From NCBI GenBank assembly GCA_037381445.1, contig JARRQT010000023.1, forward strand, positions 1 through 22,337: a stretch of 22,337 bases of DNA, read 5' to 3'. The notes below the pieces were generated by a model that was given only the letters and a program-made list of their open reading frames with translations, did not search any database and had not been told where the DNA came from. How positions within the stretch are numbered: the first letter of the stretch is position 1; the number at the start of each line of letters is the position of its first letter. Shown one piece after another: positions 14,376 to 22,337 of the stretch. Position numbers and translations under genes: made by a program. The DNA comes from Calditrichia bacterium (lineage in GTDB: Bacteria; Calditrichota; Calditrichia; RBG-13-44-9).

Positions 14376-16745
14376 TTATTTAATAATGACAAACTTGCCT
14401 GATTTTTCACCAATGTCGGATTTCAGGTAGAAGAAATAGAGTCCTGGCGCCACTTCCCGATTTTCATAGGTTCTCAGATTCCAGACCTCTTCGGAAATGA
14501 CCGGTGAATTCTGGTTGTGTTCCAGCGTCTGGACCCGTTCGCCAGCCACGTTATAGATATAAATAGTGCACGTTTCCGGCAGATGGGTAAATTTTATTTT
14601 CCTTTCATCCTGCGACATTTCCCAGGCGGCTATGACCCGGTAGGGATTGGGAACAACGCGTACTTGGTCCAGATCGTTTTTGGTGGTGGAAACTGATGCA
14701 TGGGGAGTCACAGAAACAATCTGGGTACCGCTGTTCTTTGAACTTTGCACCGGCGGGACACCCGCTGCATCGTCGCCGGCACTGTAGGCAACAACCGCAT
14801 ACTTGTAGGTCAATCCATCAAGCACATCGCGGTCCACATAGATCCGTCGACCCGTAGTATCTCCTGCCTGAAAATGACCATAAAACACCGTGTCGCCATT
14901 TACAATCTCCAGAATCGTGGTGTCACGGGGGACCACCTCCATAATCTCATCGAGACCGGAATCATTTCCGCGCTGGAAAGTGGGCAATTGTGCCGAGGGA
15001 CCCACAATGCCATCCGCAAGATCCCACTGCCCCATGGGCACGTAATCGGCAATGGTCCCATTTTCATCGGTGATTGGCAGCGGACCCCAGGTTTTGCCGC
15101 CATCACTGCTGCGGTATAGCTTATAGCCCTGGAAGGGTCGCCTCTTGTATTTTTCATTCAAAGCAACATTCTCACTGCGGTCATCCCAGATAATTCTAAC
15201 CATGCCGCTGGATTCTTCCGTTCTTACCACCGGTTCCAGAGGCGGGCGGATAGGCTGCCAGCCGGATTCATAAAGCTGCCGGGCAAGCCTGGCGTTCTTG
15301 AACAGGGCGTCGCGGGATTCTCCCATCACTGCCACGGCTATCAGGGTATCACTTTCCCCGGGATCCAGAGTCACCGGTCCGGCATTCATGGTAAACTCTC
15401 CCTTATAGCCCTGGTCGTATACCGCTTCGTTGCCGATCGGGTAAGGATGGTCCCAGGTCCAGTCATCAATGCCGTCTTTGTCCAAATCATCGGGATCGTA
15501 GGCGTTATCCGGACCATCGCCATCGGGGCTTCTGTTGACAAGGTTATTCCAATAGAATTTATAGGTACCGCTCCCAATACCATATACCGTGTTTTTGCTT
15601 TTCAAATAAAACGCATCGAAAGTGCCGACGCCCACTTCCCCGCTACTGTCATCTTTGCGGGGCGTTTTCAGAAACATCACCCCCGCAAAAGCAGGGTTAT
15701 CGACAATTGACTCATCAGTCAATTTAGCCGGAACCGGGTGCCCCCAGTTTCCATAAGTGGCGCCAGGCACATTTCCGTCGCCATCCCAGCCATAAGCCAT
15801 GGAGAGCTCTTTATCATAGGCAAAACAGTCGACCCTGCTGTAACTGCTGTAATCCAGATAGGTGGCCCAGGGAAAATCAAAATCCGCCAACACGCCCATA
15901 TAAGCTTTTGTAATCGGCTCCGGAGAAATATTGGTAACCACCCAGATATAAACCAGAAAGTCATCATAAAAATCGCCGGAAAAGGACAAACCCCGCATAT
16001 TGGTATACACCATCAACTTCCCTTCATCCACATCGGGATCTTCCATGTATTCTCTGTTCCGGGAAAAATTCTGGGCGAAAAATTCCTGATCGGCCACCGT
16101 TTCACCATTCGGCCCGACTCCCGGCCATCCGGTAGTGGAATCCTTTTCCAGAGGGACAGGCTGAGCCATTCCTAACTGATAAACATTTTTGTAATCAGGA
16201 AATCGGGTGTCATGATAAAAATCATGGGTGGGGTAAAAATCCGGCCAGCCCGGTTTTCCATTGATCACCGGCCATGTTTTCGGATCGGTACTGACTGCAA
16301 CACCATCGTTTTCACCGGGAGACACAAAGCCGGGAAACCCTTCAAAATGGAAACCATCATAATAGCGGTAATAAGTACGGTCACCGCTTTCCACGCGGGC
16401 GGCCCCCTCGGGGAGATCAACCTTATCCGGTCTGAAACTGGGCCCGTAATCCGTTGAATACCCGCCGATGTGGAAGGAAATTCCCACGGCATAATTGATG
16501 TGGCGGCCGCCCGGCTCGGCATTATAAGGATATTCCATGGCCGGATGATGCGCCCAGGCGGGCCAGCGCAGTTGTCCGTCTGCGATACAATTCAGGTTGT
16601 TCACGGTGGTTACCAGCTTGCCGACCCCAAATTTTCCCCACCGCTGATACTCGCGCGGCTCCTGCTGGGCGAATACATTTGCCCACAGGAAAAGGTTTAT
16701 AAAAAACAGCAAAACAAGAAATCTTCCAAACTGAATGAATCTCAT
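14376..16745 (-). CDS. Secreted TonB-receptor partner protein of unknown function with an FnIII-like domain and a PNPY-type sorting tail
   Basis: 789 aa with signal peptide ..LWANVFA-Q. Acidic Ca-binding-like loops WDGDGN and DPDDLDKDGIDD; FnIII-like VRIIWDD..FQGYKLYRS..YVDRDV..TYKYAVVAY. Tail VRVVPNPY..IKFTHLP..IYNVAGERV..WNLRT..VAPGLYFF..GKFVIIK. SD CAGGAG. Confidence 0.8.
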   Translation of the reverse strand: MRFIQFGRFLVLLFFINLFLWANVFAQQEPREYQRWGKFGVGKLVTTVNNLNCIADGQLRWPAWAHHPAMEYPYNAEPGGRHINYAVGISFHIGGYSTDYGPSFRPDKVDLPEGAARVESGDRTYYRYYDGFHFEGFPGFVSPGENDGVAVSTDPKTWPVINGKPGWPDFYPTHDFYHDTRFPDYKNVYQLGMAQPVPLEKDSTTGWPGVGPNGETVADQEFFAQNFSRNREYMEDPDVDEGKLMVYTNMRGLSFSGDFYDDFLVYIWVVTNISPEPITKAYMGVLADFDFPWATYLDYSSYSRVDCFAYDKELSMAYGWDGDGNVPGATYGNWGHPVPAKLTDESIVDNPAFAGVMFLKTPRKDDSSGEVGVGTFDAFYLKSKNTVYGIGSGTYKFYWNNLVNRSPDGDGPDNAYDPDDLDKDGIDDWTWDHPYPIGNEAVYDQGYKGEFTMNAGPVTLDPGESDTLIAVAVMGESRDALFKNARLARQLYESGWQPIRPPLEPVVRTEESSGMVRIIWDDRSENVALNEKYKRRPFQGYKLYRSSDGGKTWGPLPITDENGTIADYVPMGQWDLADGIVGPSAQLPTFQRGNDSGLDEIMEVVPRDTTILEIVNGDTVFYGHFQAGDTTGRRIYVDRDVLDGLTYKYAVVAYSAGDDAAGVPPVQSSKNSGTQIVSVTPHASVSTTKNDLDQVRVVPNPYRVIAAWEMSQDERKIKFTHLPETCTIYIYNVAGERVQTLEHNQNSPVISEEVWNLRTYENREVAPGLYFFYLKSDIGEKSGKFVIIK

Positions 16746-16773
16746 TTAAGAAATCTCCTGAAGATAATAATTG

Positions 16774-19341
16774 TTAAAAAGTAATCTGAGCACCCACCTG
16801 AATAGTTCTTCCGTCGGAAATACGGGTAGGCTGAGCATCATAATCGGGCGGAGTGCCTGTCAGCCCGTCATCATTCCATTTGCCGGTTTCCTGGTAAACG
16901 TTGAGCACATTCCGGCGGTCAAAGATATTGTTGACGCGCAGGAAGACACTCTGTTCGAATCCCATCAGGTGCAAAAATTTGGTAAGCTGCAATTTCGTAT
17001 TAATTTCCCAGGGCATCCGTTCCGTATTCAACACTTCCGCCAATACACTGTAAGGACGTCCGGACCTGGCATCAGCACCGAGGCTGAAGGTCCAGTTTCG
17101 CGGCCTTCCGTAAATGAACAAGCCCCCTAACACGTGCGGTCGATCCCAGTCCGCCAGAAATGTCTGGTAAGCGATAAAGCGGTTTTTCTGGGCGGCTGTC
17201 AGCGGACTCGATGTGCTGATCAGGGCCTTTGACCAGGTATAGTTCAGACGGAGCGACCAGTTATGGGTGAATTTTTTTGTCATCACAATCTCGATGCCGC
17301 GGGAATTGCCGAAATCGACATTGTCCAGATAAACGTAACCGCCGCCGCCGCTCATCCAGCGAACCCCGATCAAATCAGATAATTCACGATAATATGCGGT
17401 CACATTCATGGTTACTTCGGGAGCAGCCTGGAATTGAACACCAGTTTCGTAGGAAACGGTCTTTTCGGGATTGGCATTGGCATTGGAAATCCCGGGTCCG
17501 GGATCGCTGAGGTTCGGTCTTCCCGAGTAAAAACCGCGATCATTGAGGCCCGACAACAGTTCCATGTATCGGGGAAACTGATAAAAGTGTCCGTAAGCCA
17601 GATGAAAAGCCGCTTTTTCAGAAATGGGATATGAAATTCCAAAACGTGGACTGATCCTGATTTTGGGATCGGTTTTGATCATCGGGGTCGTATAAGGGCT
17701 GTTGGGATCTTCCATATATCGCATTCGCGGATCCCAGTATTCTCCCCGAACACCCACATTGACTATGAGACCGATCTCATCAAACTCCATTTTATCCTGC
17801 AGATAAGTGGCCAGTTCCAGGGGGCGGCGGCGGGCAAATGCAGCATATTTTTCATAGAGTTTGCTTTCCACTTCCTGATAAATGGAACCGCCGACACTCA
17901 TACGATGCATCACATCCAATCGCCGCAGTTCAACACCGGTCTTAAGCTGATGATTATTATTAATCTGACTGGTCAGATTTAAAACAGCCTGAAATGTTTT
18001 TGAGCTGTCCGCATTGTATTCATTGTCAGCACCGGAATAATACCATTCCTCATTGGCGATGCGCGAGCCGTAATAATCCAGAAATTCAGGAGTTTTATTC
18101 ACACCGTAAAAGAAATCAGTGTACTGATAGGAGGTTATAAAATCATAAAAGGTGCTTTTACTGAGGGTATGAACCAGTTTAAATATCACGCCGTAGTTAT
18201 TGGTTTCCGAGAAGGGAAAACTGTACGGGATATAGCGGTAAGCATGTTTATATTTTCCATCCCGATTATATGAACGGAAATAATTCAGGCTCAGCTTGAT
18301 GGTGCTTATCGGGTTATAGGTCAATTTCAGCATGCCGTTCCACTGATCATTCCAGTCTGCCGGCACTTTTGTGCCCGGAGCATAACGGCCAATTTGCCCT
18401 TTGGAATCCTGCCAGTTTGGGATTTCCAATCCATAAATATCGGGGCGGCCATCAGTCGTTCTTAATTGACCATTCGCATAAAAATATAGTTTTTTTATGA
18501 GGGGAACAGGACCGCTCAGGGTCAATTCGTTCTGATAGGTATTGCGGTCATACCGGGAGATTCCAAAATTATCCGTGTAGGCGCTGTAGGTGCCGGTCAG
18601 CTTATCATCGCCATCCTTTGTAACGGCGCTGATCACCCCGGCCATTTTCCCGCCATATTCCGCATTGAATGTTCCGATAATGGTTTTCATTTCTTCGATG
18701 GAGCTTCCCGAGGTATTTTGAAGATAGCGGGACCCCCCATAGATATCGTCACCAACTTTTATCCCGTCCACCAGGAAGAGTGTTTCATTTTCCCGTCCGC
18801 CCCGAATATGCATGCCGTCACCCGGCGCGCCGGAAACGTAGCCGCTGGCCTCGGATCCGACAGTATTGACGCCGGCCTGGATATCGATCAGTTCCGACAG
18901 CTGCTGTATTGGCGCTGAATCAATTTCGCGATTGGAAAAACCCTGCTGGCTGGCGGTGAGGTCCCGCTGGATAGACGGCTTTTCCGCAAAAATTTCGACA
19001 ACATCGCCCTCGATGACCGATTCCTCCAGCTTGAAATCCACTCTGGAGGTCAGGTCAGATTGAACCGAAACCCCGATTTTCTTTTGAGATTGATATCCGA
19101 TATAGGAAACCTCAAGGTCGTAGGTCCCCGGGGGGACGTTAATAATGAAGAAAAAACCATCCTGATCCGTTGCGGCTCCCAGGGACGTGTTTTCAACGAT
19201 CACATTGACGCCGATAAGAGGCTCCCCGGTTTTTGCGTCGCTCACCCTTCCCGATATTTTTCCCGTGGTTGCAGCCTGAATGCAAGATAATGAAGCGAAA
19301 AAAAGCGCTGCGACCAGAAGCAAATTTTTCAATGAACCCAT
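16774..19341 (-). CDS. TonB-dependent receptor with an N-terminal carboxypeptidase regulatory-like domain
   Basis: 855 aa with a signal peptide. TTGKISGRVSDAKTGEPLIGVNV..GAATDQDG..VPPGTY..SYIGY; plug HIRGGRENE..VDG..FNAEYG; barrel YLQDKMEF, ISPRFGISYP, PEKTVSYETG, NNIFDRRN; ends in Phe. Confidence 0.95.
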   Translation of the reverse strand: MGSLKNLLLVAALFFASLSCIQAATTGKISGRVSDAKTGEPLIGVNVIVENTSLGAATDQDGFFFIINVPPGTYDLEVSYIGYQSQKKIGVSVQSDLTSRVDFKLEESVIEGDVVEIFAEKPSIQRDLTASQQGFSNREIDSAPIQQLSELIDIQAGVNTVGSEASGYVSGAPGDGMHIRGGRENETLFLVDGIKVGDDIYGGSRYLQNTSGSSIEEMKTIIGTFNAEYGGKMAGVISAVTKDGDDKLTGTYSAYTDNFGISRYDRNTYQNELTLSGPVPLIKKLYFYANGQLRTTDGRPDIYGLEIPNWQDSKGQIGRYAPGTKVPADWNDQWNGMLKLTYNPISTIKLSLNYFRSYNRDGKYKHAYRYIPYSFPFSETNNYGVIFKLVHTLSKSTFYDFITSYQYTDFFYGVNKTPEFLDYYGSRIANEEWYYSGADNEYNADSSKTFQAVLNLTSQINNNHQLKTGVELRRLDVMHRMSVGGSIYQEVESKLYEKYAAFARRRPLELATYLQDKMEFDEIGLIVNVGVRGEYWDPRMRYMEDPNSPYTTPMIKTDPKIRISPRFGISYPISEKAAFHLAYGHFYQFPRYMELLSGLNDRGFYSGRPNLSDPGPGISNANANPEKTVSYETGVQFQAAPEVTMNVTAYYRELSDLIGVRWMSGGGGYVYLDNVDFGNSRGIEIVMTKKFTHNWSLRLNYTWSKALISTSSPLTAAQKNRFIAYQTFLADWDRPHVLGGLFIYGRPRNWTFSLGADARSGRPYSVLAEVLNTERMPWEINTKLQLTKFLHLMGFEQSVFLRVNNIFDRRNVLNVYQETGKWNDDGLTGTPPDYDAQPTRISDGRTIQVGAQITF

Positions 19342-19424
19342 GTGGTAAAAACTCCGGCTTATAGATCCTCGATAAATTTTATACAGCTAATCAGTTTGTT
19401 ATTAAGAATTGCAAAATAAATTTC

Positions 19425-20582
19425 TCAGAACCCGCTAGTTTCCGGATCATAAAACATTTCGTCTCCATATGAAATGTTATTAAATAATCCGGAGCCGCAG
19501 GAAGCCCGCACTATTAGTTCTGGTTTTAAAATAATCCGGTTGGATCCCGTTTTTTTGTTGATTTTATCTAAAAGCAGTTTTACGGCGTGATAACCGATTT
19601 TGTCGGTAGGCTGGTGAATTGTGGTTAGCGGCACCGGGGCCACCATCCCCCGCTTGATGTTATCAAATCCTACAATGGCAATATCTCCCGGTATTTGTCT
19701 GCCGGATTCCAGGATAGCTCTTTCGAATCCAAGAGCAATCAGATCATTGTAGGTAAACATGGCGTCCGGAAGTGCCTCGAGTGCATTGAATTGCTGGCCA
19801 ATTTCATATCCGGAACGGTAGTAATTCCAGCCGCCTCCTTCCCTGACCCTGAATTCATATTCTTTGCTGTAATTTTTATTAAATTCTTTAAGCGCCCGTC
19901 GATATCCTGTTTTTCTCACCTCTCCCAGAATATTTCCGTCTTCGCTGTTAATATATCCAATCTTATCGTATCCCAATTTGATAAGATGCTCGGTGGCAAC
20001 ATACGCGCCCAGCTCATGGTCAGTGCCCACAAAATTGATGTTTTCATCCGCCATGTAGGAAACAATAACATACGGAAAATTCGTTTCGTGCAGATGTTTG
20101 ACAATTTCAGAGGCATGATAGCTGCGGGTCATGGAGGCGATAATTAAGCCACTCACACCAATATTCAGGAAATGTGTGATCTGCTTCTCTTCTTTTTCCT
20201 GGCTTTCATAAGAATTGGAAAGCATCAAATTACAGCCATTTTCCGAGACCTGCTTCTCAACACTCTCCATGATTCTGGAAAAATAGGGACTATTCAGATC
20301 ACCCAGTACCAGACCGATGGTGGGATGCTCCGAAAAATTGACTCGGTTGGCTTTTTCAGCCACGAAGGTGCCTTTTCCCATCCTGGCAAACAGAACACCT
20401 TCATTAACCAATTCCGCGATCGCTTTTTTGACAGTGATCAGGCTCACCGAATATAATTCAGCCAGCTCCGACTGCGAACTGATTTGGTCACCGGGTTTAT
20501 ATTTCCCTGACTCAATCTGGGATTTAATTTCATCCGCAATCTGGATATAAAGAGGTGTTCGGCTGTTCAGATCAATTCCCAA
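19425..20582 (-). CDS. GntR/LacI hybrid (AraR-type) transcriptional regulator
   Basis: 385 aa, TTG start. GntR winged HTH (PLYIQIADEIK..YKPGDQI..ELAELYSVSLITVKKAI..GKGTFV) fused to a LacI-type sugar-binding domain (PYFSRI, YNDLIALG, IPGDIAIVGFDN, PLTTIHQP, PELIVRAS). Confidence 0.93.
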   Translation of the reverse strand: MGIDLNSRTPLYIQIADEIKSQIESGKYKPGDQISSQSELAELYSVSLITVKKAIAELVNEGVLFARMGKGTFVAEKANRVNFSEHPTIGLVLGDLNSPYFSRIMESVEKQVSENGCNLMLSNSYESQEKEEKQITHFLNIGVSGLIIASMTRSYHASEIVKHLHETNFPYVIVSYMADENINFVGTDHELGAYVATEHLIKLGYDKIGYINSEDGNILGEVRKTGYRRALKEFNKNYSKEYEFRVREGGGWNYYRSGYEIGQQFNALEALPDAMFTYNDLIALGFERAILESGRQIPGDIAIVGFDNIKRGMVAPVPLTTIHQPTDKIGYHAVKLLLDKINKKTGSNRIILKPELIVRASCGSGLFNNISYGDEMFYDPETSGF

Positions 20583-20608
20583 GTGGTTCAGACCTTATTT
20601 TAGCAACG

Positions 20609-20640
20609 ACTTGTTATAACTATATACCCGGTATACCAGG
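20609..20640. promoter_or_regulatory. Candidate operator(s): adjacent palindromes just downstream of the promoter
   Basis: GTTATAAC (20613-20620) and CCCGGTATACCAGG (20627-20640, one mismatched pair) lie between the -10 box and the regulator start. GT..AC cores are typical of GntR-family operators. Confidence 0.5.
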
Positions 20641-20649
20641 TTCTTATAT

Positions 20650-20678
20650 AAGGTATTTTTTTAAAGTGAAATTGTCAA
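20650..20678 (-). promoter_or_regulatory. Sigma70-type promoter for the regulator/TonB operon
   Basis: Minus strand has TTGACA (20678-20673), a 17-nt spacer and TACCTT (20655-20650), preceded by an A/T-rich UP-like tract. Confidence 0.75.
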
Positions 20679-20741
20679 TACTTTTTTAATTTTATTTTTC
20701 AGCTGATTTCACACTTCTGAATATAAAACTGGCCACATGTT

Positions 20742-22337
20742 TTATTTTTGGCTAAATGCCGAGACTTCAGTAGCCGCCACCAGTACTGCACCCAATCCCC
20801 TGGGATCATTGTCGAATGTCGGCCGCTTCATGTAATAATTTAGATCCGGCCCAATACCGGTCCCCCGGCAAATGCCATGAACCACGCCCGTGGAATCAAT
20901 CTTCGCCCGGATTCCCGCCCATCCCTTTTCGGCAGCCGTCCCGAAGTCCCGGTTTAACCAGCCCTGATTCACACCGCGGGCCAGGGCCAGCACAAACATG
21001 GCACTGCAGGATGTTTCCGGATATGATTCCGGGTGATCCAGCACCTGGTGCCACATTCCGCTGCTATCCTGAAACCTGATCAATGTTTTCATAAAATCAC
21101 GGTAGATTTCCAGCACCTTTTCATGACCGGGATGTCGGTCCGGCAGAGAAAGCAACGCCTCGGACAGCGCCCAGGCCACCCAGCCATTTGCCCTGCCCCA
21201 AAACACGCAGGCATTTTTATTCGCTCCGGAGAACCATCCATGATAAAAAAGGCCCGTTTGCGGATCACGTAAATATCGGGCAAAATTTATGATCTGCCGG
21301 ACGGCATCATCATACCAGGTGCTATCGCCGGTAATCTTTGCCATTCTGAGCATGAAAGGGACGCTCATGAACATATCGTCTGCCCAAACCGTCATGGCCT
21401 CCGGTTCCGGCCGGCACAGCGTCCCATCGGGCAAACGGTCTTGCTTTATTGAGACAAATTCCGCCATGGCCGATACCAGCTCACGCCAATTATTGCCGGA
21501 TGCTTCATCATATAATTCCAGAAACGGCAGGGCCGGACCACCGGTGTCATCCAGCATGGATCTCCTGAACAGCCGGTGGTAACTTCCACGCAGGATATGC
21601 AAAGAATCGTATTGCCAGCGAAAATAACCGGCATTCGCCAATGTGAAGTCACAGAATTTTCTGACGAAGTCATGGTATTTCCTGTCGCCGCTGGCCCGGG
21701 CGACCGCAAGAAGACCAAGCATGGTTTCGCCATTTGCATAGTGCCAATCCAGGTAGGAATCTTTCCTGAAAGCGGCGGTCTCTTTGATTTTTAATTGCGG
21801 GGTGGCGCGTCTGAAAACGGGAAAGGTCCCATATAAACCCAGGATTCCCCTGGCAGGTTGAACATACTATCCTGTACAGAAAATCCAACAGCCGGCTCGC
21901 TGAGCCCCTGTTCATTAAGAACAGCCATAAGAGTGAACCAATCCTTGGATTTTGAGACTGACTTTACCAATATCTTATTTCGCCCCTTTGACAAATGTAT
22001 CCGGATGGTATCCCGGAAAAGGAACCGGTCATAGGCAATTTCCCTGATTTCTGCTGATCGTGCTTCATACTGACTGAAGATCAGGGAATCATTCACCCAC
22101 ACCTTTGTTTTGCCGGTCGATGTGAATCCGAATGAAGCGGTAGTGTCTGCATCGCTTTTCAGATAGCTGAGAGCATAGACTACAGACTTTTTCTTTCCGG
22201 AAAATACCTGTTCAAAATTGATAAGCTGGATGCCGGCATACCGGACCTGAGGAACTATTTCAAATTCGAATGCCGAATCATTGATAATCTTATCGGCCAC
22301 GCTTCTGGCTATACTCATGGGAGAACGCTGTGCGTTC
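20742..22337 (-). pseudogene. GH105/GH88-family unsaturated uronyl hydrolase with an N-terminal beta-sandwich domain; frameshifted near 21800; 5' end lies outside the window
   Basis: The catalytic ORF 20742..21722 has MLDDTG, WADDMFMSVPF, GLFYHGW, WGRANGW, GMWHQVLD, YPETSCSAMF, DPRGLG. Its frame continues upstream of the ATG through PQLKIKETAAFRKDSYLDWHYANGET. The upstream ORF (stop at 21791) is in another frame and stays open to the window edge (..NAQRSPMSIARSVADKII). Confidence 0.82.

Noticed and set aside
16774..19341. susC/susD gene symbols
   Set aside because: I see no SusC-specific signature, and the downstream gene is not a SusD-like lipoprotein.
1..22337. CRISPR arrays, IS elements, tRNA/rRNA, riboswitches
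   Set aside because: Intergenic gaps are all under ~170 nt, with no repeat-spacer pattern, transposase or recognisable structured RNA.

Overview
This window is one co-oriented, minus-strand carbohydrate-utilisation locus. The FlgD-Ig/Por-type secretion tails and the TonB receptor-partner-PorV arrangement suggest an FCB-group bacterium outside the classical SusC/SusD Bacteroidota (Calditrichota, KSB1 or Ignavibacteria-like); this taxonomy is inference. In transcription order it encodes: a frameshifted GH105 running off the right edge; a sigma70 promoter; a GntR/LacI hybrid regulator; a TonB-dependent receptor; a 789-aa secreted partner with a PNPY-type tail; a PorV-family barrel; a lipoprotein with a 7-Asp-box propeller inserted into an Ig-like domain; a secreted protein with two tandem beta-helix modules; and a terminator. 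Next come a GH2 beta-glucuronidase, a sodium:solute symporter, two divergent URO-D/MtaA-fold proteins, a broken NRAMP-like transporter, a TIM-barrel sugar isomerase-like protein, and a GH28 running off the left edge that the ORF track misses. The enzyme set points to a uronic-acid-rich polysaccharide. The most interesting features are the SusD-less uptake cassette with its own PorV paralog, the atypical cytoplasmic enzyme set, and two gene-breaking lesions. No RNA genes, mobile elements or CRISPR arrays were seen. All family calls come from motif recognition, not database searches.
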